DNA of 55,942 nucleotides, counting the filler, from Sphacelaria rigidula (lineage: Eukaryota), in the NCBI GenBank assembly GCA_964200075.2. It is 5 parts of 5 records of this genome, joined end to end, with 100 filler letters (N's around TTAATTAATTAA, not from the genome) between each part and the next. Parts side by side here need not be neighbours in the genome. Positions count along the whole stretch, not along the records: positions 33,629 to 44,736 come from CAXNAA020005378.1; positions 44,837 to 55,942 come from CAXNAA020005379.1; 3 more parts are not named here. The stretch is one strand, 5' to 3'. Below the pieces are notes generated by a model that saw only the letters and a list, made by a program, of their open reading frames with translations, did no database searches and was not told the origin of the DNA. The translations under genes and the position numbers were made by a program. This document shows, one piece after another, positions 36,153-48,516 of this stretch (within the stretch, counting starts at the first letter, position 1; each line of letters opens with the position of its first letter).

Positions 36153-36471
36153 AACGCGCAAAGGTAGTCACGCGAGTCGTTTTGGTGGGTTTGTCGTGGA
36201 CCATTCGCTTGATCGTGATCATGCACCTAGTTAATTGTCATGTCTTCAGAGGTAGCTGAAGCTGTCGACTCGAAGGTATGACAGAGCAACGTTACTTGCC
36301 TTGCCAGGTATTGCACGTGCGCAGTATCCGTCCCGAGATCTGTTTTTGAACCCAGTACACCGAGCGATTTGTTTTTTCCACCTCCGGTGGATAAGGAACC
36401 CTACTAGAATGTACCCATTTCTGAACCACATGACCCAATTTGCCTCGCTTGCTACGTTTGCCTTGCCGCAG

Positions 36472-36632
36472 GGTCCTCTTCCTCCGGTTCCACCCGAATT
36501 ACTGCCACGGGTGCGGATGGGGAATCAAATCCAGAGGGAGGCGCTAGTATCGACACAGTCTCGCACTTCAGTGCGTATGGTCCAACTTCTGAAGGTCGCA
36601 TCAAACCCGAGCTCGTGGCTCCCGGTGACCAG
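36472..36632 (+). CDS. S8 subtilase (KP-43-like), internal exon; gene is 5'-partial
   Basis: cag| ... |gtgagc boundaries. Encodes SSSSGSTRITATG...IDTVSHFSAYGPTSEGRIKPELVAPGDQ, matching the subtilisin S-x-GP-T-x-[DE]-GRIKP-x-x-x-APG motif. Not shown in the ORF track. Confidence 0.88.
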
Positions 36633-38130
36633 GTGAGCGGGGTCGCCATTTCGCTTGAGCTATAACAAGATCGAGATCATTCAACGGAAGAGAATAATGC
36701 GATCACCCGTCAGTCGTACCCTCTCGGGTGGATTCCAAGTGGATCGCCGTGCACATGAAGCAGTTCTTGCCACAACACCCGCTACAAATGGCCAGAGAGA
36801 AATATGAGGTTTGCCTTCATATGGAACGCGGTATACGAGTTTCCCCCCGGAATTTCATTATGCGCCCTCTTTGACTGTCAAGGTTTTTGTCATAGCTGCT
36901 GTGGGGGAAACATGGCGTGCTGTGCGCTCGTACATTGAAGCGGCTACAGTCGCGTTATAGGCAATGAGTGACTCTCTCCTGTTGGTAGTGTGAAGGAGAG
37001 TTGGGTGATTTTCGTGGTTTGGTATGGTCGATGGTATTGTGAACACAGCTGCCAGTTGAGAGGTCAGCCCCAACTGATGAGATCAGTATAGCCGCTGCCA
37101 GTGACTGCTGTTTTGGCAACCCTTCCCTGCGACTTGCACATGAAGTCGTGCCCTTTCACACAAGTCTCATTAGTGACCAAAGGTGACTGGTGTGATCAAA
37201 GTGATTGAGACGACCCTGCACGTACGTTGAGAAAAGCAAGAAAACCTCGCTCGATTAAGGCGATCTGGCTCTGACACCGCGGGTCGATCTGTGCGCGGTC
37301 TGATAGCAAGGTATATCTGTGACTGTATTGATTTCAGTACAGTTTCCCATATCACCCAAGCACCCCCAACAAGGCCGCCGGAATTTTCAGCGGGACTATC
37401 AGACGGGAAAATGGCACGGACAAGAAGATTGATCCTCAAACGGTTACCAGCATCATTCTTTTGTTTTGTCAAAAAGTGAACGTCCACCAGATTCTGCGGG
37501 TGTTTTGCTTAACGAGAAAAATGCACATTGTCATACATTCAGATTTGCACCGCAGATGAACCACTCTCTTGCAAGCGTGGGGCTATATCGTACATTAACA
37601 GCGAAAACCTAAAGTTGTTGACTAGCCTCCGCAGTCATAATCTAGCGCAATATTTTCTCCTTTGCGATGTGCGGTGCGAACCGACGTCTTCCGCGGAATA
37701 TCTCCCAGCATACGGTGAACGACGTTGTCGGCACTCGTTCGCAAAGCGGCACGCCCTACATCCCAACCCTCAGCACCCGTTCCCGTACATCGTGCGTGCA
37801 GTCGCTACTCATCTTGTCAGCTTCTGTCGCTCACGTTAACGTAAAAGATCAAGCCGCGCTAATTCCGCGGAGTACCGTAGGTGATGGGAGAGGAGGCCGC
37901 CTAGGTGGTACGGAATGTGTAGAGCACTATGAAGTCCGCACGTTGCGATGGTGTATTTGCCGTTCACTCGATATGCGCCACTTCGTGCATACGCTTCTCA
38001 GCCTCCCCAGAAAAATATATGTTTCGCCGTTGTTGTACGGGGATGGTGTAAGCCGTTTGACGAACGAGTAGAAACGAAGGCACACGTGTTCGGGGCATTA
38101 CTAAATCGTGTGTTCCACTTGTCGTTGCAG

Positions 38131-38235
38131 ATATACTCTGCCGCCGGAGATGGGTCGGACAGCTACAGCTGCAGACTGTGGATGTATGCGGGCACGTCAA
38201 TGTCGGCCCCAATTGCGGCCGGCGGGGCGGCTTTG
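38131..38235 (+). CDS. S8 subtilase exon carrying the catalytic Ser
   Basis: ttgcag| IYSAAGDGSDSYSCRLWMYAGTSMSAPIAAGGAAL |gtgagg. Contains the GTSM(S/A)xP active-site motif; 105 bp, phase 0/0. Confidence 0.93.
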
Positions 38236-38529
38236 GTGAGGTCTCCCGGTTTGTTCGTGCTTGGCGCCTTGTATTTTCAACGTCCCCTCTCTTTCGTTTA
38301 CTGCACTACTGCGTGCGATCCGGCAAATGATAACGGTCCAGTTGTGCAACATTTATTGTTAAGGCGCGGCAGTCACTTAATCCATTCAGTCAAACGCAGG
38401 TTGGACGTGCGCGAGGTTGGCTATACGCCATCTTGAAATACATTGCTGACGTTGAGTGAGTTAGCCGCGTGCCCCCTCATCCTCTCGGGTTACTTCACGT
38501 TTTGTATCCTCTTTGTATTTACCTCGCAG

Positions 38530-38667
38530 GTACGACAGTACTTCGTGGATTCTAGCTTCTACGCTGATGACGTTACGGCCCGGGGTTTTTGCGACGTGGG
38601 TGCGGCGGATGATTATCATAATCTCTTCAAGTGCGCAGGATTTTCACCATCGTCGTCACTTGTGAAG
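38530..38667 (+). CDS. S8 subtilase internal exon
   Basis: tcgcag| VRQYFVDSSFY...CAGFSPSSSLVK |gtatgt. The 'AAL-VRQYF...PS.SLVK-A.LINSA' continuity is typical of KP-43/TagC-type proteases. Confidence 0.9.
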
Positions 38668-39082
38668 GTATGTGTCGTTCCATCATCTTCACATTATTCC
38701 CACAGTACGTACTGGCACACTTGGCATATTTGCCCGCTCGCACGCGAGCTCACACGGTGACGGTGATCGCCGAGGTGATTGTGTGTGCAGTAAAGTTACA
38801 GACTGTGATAAGCCGCTTCCGCGCGCGTTCGCACACCACGTTCGTTTTTCACGTGTATGTCTTGAAGCACGGTGTGCCCATGTAACCATGTATTTGCTAT
38901 GGGTATTGCCGTAAAATTCTTGCGGTTGGGCTACCCCACTTGCTCATCACTTCCGTCGAGTGTGAATTTTTTAATCCAAATCTACTGGTCGAAATTGGCC
39001 CAGGGTACATTTCTATGTCCTCGCTGGGCGGAAATACCGCATAACTAATCTTGTCCTCGTCGGGTCGAAATTTCACCGACAG

Positions 39083-39973
39083 GCGATGCTCATCAACAGC
39101 GCAAACCTCATGGGTGGCGGCTCCGAACCCGACGGTCATCGGGGCTTCGGCCGCGTGCACTTGGAAGCCGGCATGCCACTGAAGGGCGAGGGCACCAGGG
39201 CCCTGTTTGTGGCGGACGCAAATAATACCGTCATCTCCGAGCGCAGTCGAGACGAGTACCTCTTCGATGTGAACGGAACAGCGGGTCTAGACTTCCGGGC
39301 TACACTGTCCTGGATCGACCCCGCAACATCTTCCTTGTCCTCCGTGCAGCTGGCGCACGACCTAGACCTGTCTGTCATGGCGCCCAGCGGTGCCCGTTAC
39401 ACGATGTGGAAATCGGGCCGAAATGACGCCGTGAACGTAAACGAGCGGGTGATCGTTGACTCGAGCAACGTAACGCAGGAGGGAGTAGGCGTGTGGACGG
39501 TGTGGGTAGAGGCCGAGGGTGAGCTGACTAATGTCAGGCAAGCTTACTCTCTCGTTGTGAGCGGTGCTATTAGCCCCGCCACTGCCCCCGGGTGCTGCTC
39601 AGAAACACCCGCGCCAGCTGGCGGGACGGTGACCCCTCCGGAGGCAAGCGCGGCACCAACTTCCTCTGTGGTGACACTGTCCCCTCCGCAGGCAAGCGCG
39701 ACAGCATCTCCCTCTGTAGTGACGTCATCCCCCCTCGAGGCCAGCACGACACCATCTCCCTCTGCTGTGTCATACGACGCAAGAGACGGGTCGACGCTTC
39801 CTCCGGTGCAAGGGGCATTGATACCTCGTACCTTGGCGCCTGTGGTTGGGTCCGCTGAGACTGAAGAAGCAACGACAGCTTCGGCGGGATGGTTGACGGC
39901 AAACCCCGACTTCATGGCGTCGACCTTTGCGGCTATTATGACGGTTGTTGTAAGCACCGTATGGATGGCTTGA
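39083..39973 (+). CDS. S8 subtilase last exon: end of catalytic domain, C-terminal beta-sandwich, S/T/P stalk, hydrophobic tail
   Basis: gacag| AMLINSANLMGG...GFGRVHL...ATLSWIDP...HDLDLSV...NVNERV...QAYSLVVSG, then a Ser/Thr/Pro-rich linker and FMASTFAAIMTVVVSTVWMA*. Confidence 0.92.
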   Translation, partial: AMLINSANLMGGGSEPDGHRGFGRVHLEAGMPLKGEGTRALFVADANNTVISERSRDEYLFDVNGTAGLDFRATLSWIDPATSSLSSVQLAHDLDLSVMAPSGARYTMWKSGRNDAVNVNERVIVDSSNVTQEGVGVWTVWVEAEGELTNVRQAYSLVVSGAISPATAPGCCSETPAPAGGTVTPPEASAAPTSSVVTLSPPQASATASPSVVTSSPLEASTTPSPSAVSYDARDGSTLPPVQGALIPRTLAPVVGSAETEEATTASAGWLTANPDFMASTFAAIMTVVVSTVWMA

Positions 39974-41243
39974 GTGTAGGCATGGGGCAGATTGAGCCTT
40001 GTTCATGTTACTGTGCATGTAATTTTTTATTCATCCCTACATCAAGGCAAGCCCTGTGCCTCACCAGGCAGAGGGAACTTGAACACATCTTCTATCCCGT
40101 AGTGAGGTGCACGTTTCTTCCCCAAGTGTTCGTTGGTTGTTCGTGTGTAGACAGTGTACTCACGCTTGTTGATAGTTTCGTTTGTGGCCATTTCTCCCGG
40201 GGACGATGGGGTTCGTGGCTGTGATGTACAATGCCACACTTGGCTTGCGATGTATAGAGACATAGACACATTTACGTAAGTTCATTTTCACGAAGTATAG
40301 CATCGTCAGGCTGCAGAGATGTCGATGAATATCGGCATGAAAACCATTCTAAATACTCTCTGTACGAAGTCCTCGTTGAAACATACCCCCATTATCGTCG
40401 GGTGGCTTTGATACTCTGATGCTATGTTGGTAAAATAGCGCGCATGTCGGCTCATGGGCTATCAATACCTGAATATTGCTTCTCATCCGCATACTGATCC
40501 GATGTATGATCTAGATGATATTGCCCCTTTTCCCATATGCTCTCCCTGGAGCACTAGACACCGAGCACGCGGAGGTAGCGCTTTGGCTTATATGACCCTG
40601 CGGTCACGTATTTTGTTTTCTATGACCTCGCGATCACGTATTTTGTGTTCCTGGCCAACGGATGTGAAAGTCCTCTTCGATTCGTTATTTTCGGTAGCTC
40701 ATGAGCTGTCCGACGTGTGGTATAGTGTCCCTTTTGTGTGATACCGTTCTGCAAGTATGCAGTCGGTATGTTCGTCCCGTGTGTCGTTGGTTGTATGCCC
40801 CGTACTACTTGTATTGGTTATTCGTACTGTAGGCTCTCGTGTGACCTATTGCTACAGACGTCAAGGAACACAAAAGTCTGCTGGATCGCGTCAGATCTAC
40901 CGAACACAGAGGGTGATACGTGAAGACACGGCATTTTTGTCGCTCCAGTCGATGGGTATGCGCGTTCCGCCAAGTATCTGGTATGTGGGCCCCACGACGT
41001 TGTCATTGTTCCCGATTCGGTTTGGAGGCGTGTGCTGTTGCGCAAGACCTTTTCCCCCCGACGCCATGTTGCAGAGGCGGGGCATTTACATTTTTTTCAT
41101 TTTCCTTGTTCTGTTTTTTTCTTTTCTTGTCTATTTCACGATTGATTTTGTTTTGATATTTGTTTTTCGGTCTACTCTTTGTGTCTGTTCCACTTTTCTG
41201 TTTCCTCCACTTTCCTTGAGCGAGTGTTTCGTTCTGTTTTATC

Positions 41244-42032
41244 TCGGGTACGTCTATAACGTATGTGATCGCGGCCGGATCCCTGAGAATCAGTGAATGT
41301 GCAACAATCGATCAAATGAATCGAGTGGGCACGCAAGCGCCCACCTTTATCGCCGCCCCATGGCTAGAATCGTTAGATGCTAGCATGGCAAACTTGTTCT
41401 GAACAGCAGGTTCCGTACTTAGTTGCTGTAGTGCAGCAGTTTGTTGTGTGGGCCTTGAGCATGCCTTTTGATTGTTGCTGATGACTGCAGGTACCCTCCT
41501 GAGTCTGGGCGACTCAAATCGTTGAATCAGTGGAGCTCTGCAAATCAGACAGAAATCGTTTGCTTATCCTCTTGGATACGTTTTGGCAGTGTATAAGCTG
41601 CCGGGCGCCTCGAAACCTTCTTGCGGCTGGGACGTGGGTTCGGACCTCGGTGAAGTCACGCGACCTGAGTTTTTTCTGACCTCATGCTCAACAGTGGAGA
41701 GCGACTACACAAAGTCCGACTTCACGGTCGACGAGGGAAAGGGACCGCTGAACCCTTCCCGGGATGAAAATAAGTCAGGCACCACAGAAGGAGGGCAGAG
41801 TACTAAACAGAACAAGAAATGGGGAAGCTCCTCTGTTGACCGTCCTTCTGTGTGACCCCGGCTGATGCACCTGCATATAACGACAGGTGTACACTGGCGT
41901 CCAAAACAGATGAGACAACAACAGCAACAACAGCAGCAGGAAGCGCTTCACTTTTTTTTTTTGTTTCGGGTACGTCTATCATGTGACAACGGCTGGATCC
42001 CCCCAGTTGAAGTGCGACAATCAATCAATCAA
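41244..42032 (+). repeat. Two copies of a short (CAAT)n-tailed repeat (retroposon 3'-end-like)
   Basis: TCGGGTACGTCTAT...ATGTGA...CGGC.GGATCC...CAGT.....GTGC.ACAATC.ATCAA at ~41244-41322 and ~41966-42032. Confidence 0.6.
41600..41935 (+). mobile_element. SINE family A, diverged copy
   Basis: B-box-like GGGTTCGGACCTCG; body CAACAGTGGAGAGCGACTAC...GCTGAACCC...TGTGTGACCCCGGCTG...GGCGTCCAAAACAGATGAGAC and a (CAA/CAG)n tail, matching 49168-49545. Confidence 0.8.
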
Positions 42033-43036
42033 GTTCTGGTGATCCTTGGGTGATCGAATTAACTCAAGCCCAAGGAATATAATTGTAGCGAACAGGGGGG
42101 CAATCGATTTTTCCCGCACCAGTTGTTCCGCAGGAATATAACTTGCATTCAGAGGCTTGTACATCGGCTAGGGATCGGATATAGAAGTGCAGGTATTGTT
42201 GAAGCCGATGCATTCGGTAGGTAAGCGGAATATTCCATTTTTCAGCATGAAAAATGATGTTGTCGCGGACCTTTTCTCATGTCACCTTGGTTTCTTGTGA
42301 CAGAAGATCTGTGACAAAAAACTGCATTTTTTTTAGAACTTTGGCAGTACAACGCAGTACAGCATCGTAGATGGTACAGAGTACTACACTGAACACAATA
42401 CAGAAGTCCAACAGTGTTCTAAAATTTTTCTAGAACCGACGGTAGACTACACGAGTAAAAGTGTGCTACGCATGCAATACAGAAGTCCAACAGTGTTTTG
42501 AGAACTTTTTAGAACCGGATCTCGACGGCGGGCGGGTATGTTTTTTGTACAGTGTAGGAGCGGAGAGACTGTTGCTCCGGTACGCAATACACTTTCCCCC
42601 CACAACCACGGCCGGCCCTCTTCTTACATCGAATGTGTTGTCGTCAAACAAACGGCATTCTGTCACACGAAAAGCAGCTGGCGAGGAACCAAACAGTCAA
42701 GACTTCTCCCGGTCGAGTACACACCTCAGCACCACAACGCTACACACGTGGACAGATAGCACCCTGTAGGACGTGCTGTATACACTCTTCTTCGCAGTCT
42801 TTGTGGAAACCCTTGTACGGCATTTGCAAACCGTAATACCTCTACCAGCATTTTGTGTAGCGTTTTTGTCGAGACCCTGTAAGCAACCCTGTGGAAAGGC
42901 ACTCCCAATCGAAAATTCCAAATTACTTTGTTACAGAACCTATGAACTTATTAATTTAGCGAAGCTGCTCGAAAAAATTCTTTTTTTGCCCGATTTCCAA
43001 TTGAGCAATAGGGCAAAAAGATGATTTTTTTCGGAC

Positions 43037-43123
43037 AGCAGATGAAGCTGTTTGAAATAGATCCTCTTTTTGCCCAGTTAAATTGGGCAAAAAAAGGATC
43101 TATTTCAAACAGCTTCATCTGCT
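43037..43123. repeat. Near-perfect 87-bp hairpin
   Basis: 40-bp arms AGCAGATGAAGCTGTTTGAAATAGATCCT(C/T)TTTTTGCCCA with one mismatch around a 7-nt centre GTTAAAT. Confidence 0.95.
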
Positions 43124-43771
43124 CCACAAATCCCAGATTTGGAATATATACAGGAGGAGAAGCTCGAAATAAATCCTCACTTCACCCGCTAATTCATCCG
43201 GAAATCGGGCAAGAAGAGAACTTATTGCGAACAGCCTCAACTGTGCAAGTTCCGCACACTGCACTGTAATTTCAATTTTCAAATTGGCTGTTGTCTCACG
43301 CTATTCCAGATTCGGCGTTGGATTTCTGTGGCAGAAGAACAAGCAGAACTTTTCCAAAAACTGCTCAAAATGTGACTGCATTATATGGAGTACAGGGTAG
43401 TACACTGAACACAACACAATTCTGCGGTGGTATATGGAGTACAGAGTACTACACTGAGCACAAGACAACACAGCAGTCCTGCAGTGTCTTTTGAACATTG
43501 GCACGGACTGTACGCAAAAAGCCTACATCGCAAGGATGCCCGCTCTTCCTCAGCTACCATCGCAACCCTGCAGCATTGATCACGAGTTAAGCACAGGGGT
43601 AGATACACTGTAGTAGCTGGGTATGCTTTGTTAATTTTTGTTGGCGAAAACTTGCACGTCTTCTCTCATGGTGGGCATCAGCGACAGAACTGCGTGGTAC
43701 GGTGGGCAACCGAGTCGCGTGCTCGCTCATGGGTAGTGCAGTCTATACAAAGCTGCACGTTGCTGAAGTCC

Positions 43772-44084
43772 CACACGCGGCCATTTGGCTACCTCCAAAC
43801 TTCCTCCAGGTGGGTACACTTTTCGAGCCTCCAGAGGAATTAAACGCCTCCGGAGGGGTGCGCGGCCCTTCAGAGGAGACATTTTGGTTCCCTCCCGAGG
43901 CTTATTCTTGCCTCCGGAGAGCCGCGCATACCCCCAAATTCCTCGGGAGGGGTGCGCGGCTCTTCGGGTCGGTAGAGTCTGATCTTCTCTAGAGGGATGG
44001 AAGGCCTTCGGTGGCTTGTTTCCCCCTGGAGGGCCGCGCATCCCTCCGGAGGCATTTTGGGGTGTAGCCAAATGGCCGTGTGTG
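43772..44084. mobile_element. MITE (~313 bp) with ~28-bp TIRs and internal repeated motif
   Basis: Ends CACACGCGGCCATTTGGCTAC...GTAGCCAAATGGCCGTGTGTG; internal CCTC(C/G)GGAGGGGTGCGCGGC motif repeated in both orientations. TSD unclear. Confidence 0.75.
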
Positions 44085-44736
44085 CCTCTTCACGTCGCAT
44101 TGTAAGCAGGGAGGACTGATAGTCCTGGGCTGTCTGCACTGTATGTTGCCCGCTTCCCCTTCATATCCTCCTGAACGAAACACGCACACACGCACTCAAG
44201 ACACCCTGCTTGCAAGCGGTGCAGACAGTACAGACTGTGTGTATTGCACACGAGTGATCATGTGCCCTGTCACGAATTTCACTGTATTTTTTTATCGAAA
44301 GCTTGAACATCCATCTGGACCCAACTGCATCAAAATGAGAAATGTTCGCTCAGATTGACTCATCCGCTCCACTTTTTCGACCGAAAAGACAGGCTCTAAC
44401 CACCAGTCCCAAGTCCTATCGACAAGAAGTTTTGTACAAAGTGAAACCAGATCTGCACGCAGGTTGAGAAATGCGGCGGGTCTGGAAGTGGTCGTTTGTC
44501 CAAGCAGGTCCAACGTCTGTGAAATGCTGCAGACAAGACACAAGGCAACACAACACCTACACACCAAGCCCCGAAAAAACATGCACAGACACCCACCACT
44601 CACGCACATCAGTTTCACTGCTAGCCCTTGCCGATCTACACACAACAGTCTTTGTTTGACAGCAAATCGAACCGTAGCTGCTCATCAGCTGTGCACGTTG
44701 TGCGTGACCTTGCTCAAATCTGTTCAGAATTCATTG

Positions 44737-44836
44737 NNNNNNNNNNNNNNNNNNNNNNNNNNNNNNNNNNNNNNNNNNNNTTAATTAATTAANNNNNNNN
44801 NNNNNNNNNNNNNNNNNNNNNNNNNNNNNNNNNNNN
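44737..44836. other. Artificial contig spacer
   Basis: N44-TTAATTAATTAA-N44. Confidence 0.99.
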
Positions 44837-45525
44837 AAAGAAAAAAAAGAGCCCAAAGAAAAAGGGGGCGGGGATGGGGGGGGGGAGGGGGAAATTGAGC
44901 ACGAGCTCAAGTATGTTGCACCCCATGAGAAGATAAGAGACAAGATCCAAAAAAAAAACAAGAAAAAAGACGGGAAGAGAAAAGAACAACAACCCTCATA
45001 ATGCCATCAATATTTTCCGCAACGCAACGCAAAGCAAACACAACACAGCACAGCGCAACACAACGCGACACCACACGACACAACAGCACAAAACAAAACA
45101 GAGAGAAATGAATACCCGCTCTGTATAGTATGTTTCCAGTCCCAGTAAACTTTCTTTCGGCCCCTCATCAAGAAGAGAATTCCCGTCCAGCCGCATCACC
45201 ACGTGCCCTCAAAACAACACTACTTTCCCTCCGCCATTCCTCCCCCTTTTGCCGCAAAAAAAAAGTAGAGCGTCGACGGGGCGATACCGCATCAGCCGTC
45301 GACTAAAAGAGCAATCAAAACCAAGGGAAGAACACCCCCCCCCCATGATTTCCGTTCACCTCCGAGGCTTTGAAGCTGCTCTCCACACTCGTTCAGTCAC
45401 CCACAACAAGCAAGCACAGGTGCCCCCGACCACAATCTGTGGCTACCCGCCCCTGGTCTTCAAGCTCTTCCTCCTTCTATCTCTCTGTGTGTCAGATCTA
45501 CTTCTCCCGTCTCTCCGTCCATTCA

Positions 45526-45597
45526 TCATAAGCAAACGTTTTCTGCCGTAAGTACGTAGTACACCGTCTTACTCGCCACGTTGTAGGGATTAGGCTC
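45526..45597 (-). CDS. ATG11: ATG11/RB1CC1 last exon (end of Claw domain)
   Basis: ctgaag| EPNPYNVASKTVYYVLTAENVCL*. The NPY/F...Y-x-V-x-A pattern is the Atg11 C-terminal signature. The acceptor is a less common AAG. Confidence 0.85.
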   Translation of the reverse strand, partial: EPNPYNVASKTVYYVLTAENVCL

Positions 45598-46272
45598 CTT
45601 CAGGGTGATCGACGCATAAAGAGGCCGAGACAGAGGTAGGCAGGCAGGCAGGCAGGCAGGAACAGGGGTACAGACAGAGGCAGAGGCAGAGGCAGAAGCA
45701 AAGACAGACCAAAGTTTACGGGCGTAAAAACGTGAGAACAGCACAGGAACAAAACAAAACAGGGTGAGGGTGTACTCGTGACCTTGCATGCCGTAGTCAC
45801 ATGACCTTTGACCTCGCACCCCTATAAGGCCGGGACGGAGCACGCCGGGTTTTTCACCGGACATATTCCTGCAAAGACAGGACGGAGCACGGCGGGTCTT
45901 CACCGGACCAGGGGAAAATTGAGGGGGGGGGTGGGGGGTGGGGGAGAACGTCCTGATTCACTTGACAGGGTAGGCGATGATGTTACATGTAGAGACGAGC
46001 ACTGACCAAACATGAGATGGCTCCACGTGCAAAAATATTGAGGCATGCCTCTTCCGAGAGACAAAACAAAACGAGTATCTCGAGCATGAAGATTGGAGCT
46101 GTTGTCCGGTACCAGTTACGCGAGTACGCTCGGAGCTACGAAAAACGGGGAAATCATGAACTCTGGGTGAATGACGAACAGCAAAATCTACATAAAAGTG
46201 GGGGGGGGGGGGGGGGGAACGGGCGCGAGGGGGGGGGGGAGNNNNNNNNNNAAGACACAAAAAAAAGAAAGC

Positions 46273-46303
<31 letters not shown>

Positions 46304-46548
46304 TGCGGGCCGAGCGGGAGCGCAATGCAGGCCCCACCTCGCATGAAAACAAGAGATCAAGGCAAAGGCGCATGGGTACATGATAGCTGGTATGTTGCCC
46401 ATTGCGTTGAGTAAGGACGCATTTATCTCGCCTCCAAGTGACGCAGGCCGCAGAAGTAAGTATATGCAGGCGAGGGGAAACGAACAATAGACGACGTCGC
46501 CTGTTGCTCAATCAACTACCCGTGAAAAATATCCCACGCACACGTACA

Positions 46549-46579
<31 letters not shown>

Positions 46580-47074
46580 CCTCCAGTGCAATCCGGTTAC
46601 TACGCTCATGCGGGCGGGTTAACTGAGACGAAACAGCAAGGGCAGTCAGTTGTTGATAGTAATAAAAAGCATCCCCCCCTCCCCTTCCTCTTCAGGGCAA
46701 ATTCGAGTACACCAGCCAGTGTCTCCTCGCACGATGAAAAAAACACGGGGAGAAAAACCCGGAACCCAAGGGTTCAGAAAAAAAAAACGCACAAAACAAC
46801 GCCAACTTCGGTCAACAAACTACGAAGAATAAGATCATCACGCTTTCATTGATGCCCACGCCTTACGCCCAAAACAAATCAGGCAATGACTACGAAACAC
46901 GCATCTACGCACACTTTCTATGCGCGCACTCTCTACTGTGACACGAGCACTGGCACATGACACTCACCTAGTGACACCATCACTAAAGTACGACAAGTAT
47001 GGAGCACACGCGCTAAGGTATGGTACACTTTCAAAAGCACTCTTGAATTTGACACTCTCAAGTAAGATCAATGT

Positions 47075-47215
47075 ATCACCCTGAACAACAGATTACCTTG
47101 TCAAAACATGTACTGCGTACAGTATGGAAATCTACTAGTCTACTGCAAGAGACGCAATAGCCGAACCTGTACGCAGTACATTTTTGGATAACGTAATCCA
47201 TTTGTACAGGGTATG
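47075..47215. mobile_element. Palindromic MITE family C, diverged copy in an ATG11 intron
   Basis: CACCCTGAACAA...TGTACTGCGTACAG...CTGTACGCAGTACA...TTGTACAGGGTATG, homologous to 33018-33157. TSD not recognisable. Confidence 0.7.
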
Positions 47216-47255
47216 TAAGAGATATACACACTCAAGCAAAGGCACACGCACACAC

Positions 47256-47453
47256 CTCAGTGGCCACGTGCTGCTCGATCATGATAATCCTGCCCAGAAC
47301 GTAAGCGGGGTACGAGCCAGAGCCGTGCTTGGCGGTGTTGATACTGTCCTCGGAAAGATACCGATTGGGACAGTTCACGTGAAACGCCAAAAACACCGTG
47401 CCGCCAGAGTTGTCAGGCGGGCCAACCATCGTTGGCAAAAACAACGCAATGTC
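47256..47453 (-). CDS. ATG11: ATG11/RB1CC1 exon (Claw domain core)
   Basis: gcacag| DIALFLPT...VFLAFHVNCPNRYLSEDSI...YPAYVLGRIIMIEQHVATE |gtgtgt; 198 bp, phase 0/0. Confidence 0.93.
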
Positions 47454-48347
47454 CTGTGCAGCCGAACGCACGGGCGGGAGAGGGGGGGGGGGACAAAATC
47501 GGATTACAACGCAATGGGTCGGCGAATGGAGGGAGGAAAGTAGAGGGAGGAGGCGGTGTGCTCACCATCGTGCATGCCCTAGGCAAAAGACCATTGACCT
47601 TGCATTCCTACCAAGCCGGGACGGAGCACGCCGGGTTTTCGCCGGACCAGGCTTGCAATCAATCACCAATCACCAAGCGCCGCGGTGTGTTCGGCGAGTC
47701 GCATGACACGTGAGCTGAATCAGGTACAGTGTACCGCATCAGGTACAGTGTGGGAAGCGATGGCCCAGGACAGGTGCTTTCTGGGCCGACCAGTGGCCCA
47801 GATAAGGTACGATTGAAAAAGAATTCCTAAATCAGGTATATCTGGCCGACATTTGGCCTAGAAAGGGGAAGTGGTTTCCGGAGGCGAGACGTCCTTCTGC
47901 GAATGGCCATATCTCGCCAGTAACATGTTTTTCTTCTGTTTTTTTCGAGGCCCGGGTACCGAGGAGCCCCTCGATTGCTGTGCGTGAAAAGATCGAAGCG
48001 AAATCGGTCTAAATTGTTTGTTTTGCTGTTTTCGCGTTTCTGGTCAATTTTCGTACCTTTCTTGGGCAAAACACGAGAAGGTGAAAATTTTCTAGGCCAT
48101 TGCTCTAAAACCCACCTCTTCTTTTTTTTTTAATCTTCCATGAAGTAACTTGCGTAACCGCGACATCCATTTCTTGATGCCGTCGTCCTGGTTGTGACAC
48201 CTCCGTGTACAACATTGACCAGACCAAACAGAAAACAAGCGAGATGCATCCTACCCTCTCGTCAAACCCCGATCACGTGTTGAAAAGTGCACATGGATCA
48301 AGCAGGTCTACCACCAGCATCAGGGCGTTTGCTGTTTTCGAATGTTG

Positions 48348-48516
48348 CACACCCTGGACAATACATGGTCAGTAGATGCAATAGACGAGAAGTGTACTGC
48401 ATAAAGTATAGGCCTTTTGCAACTGTTGCCGGCCCACGATAGTCGCAATCGGCCTAACTTAATGCAGGACGTTTCTTGTCTATTGCAACTATTGACCATA
48501 TGTTGTCCAAGGTTTG
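48348..48516. mobile_element. Palindromic MITE (169 bp, family C termini) with perfect 8-bp TSD
   Basis: ~66-bp inverted arms CACACCCTGGACAATACATGGTC...GACCATATGTTGTCCAAGGTTTG; TSD GAATGTTG at 48340-48347 and 48517-48524. Confidence 0.9.
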
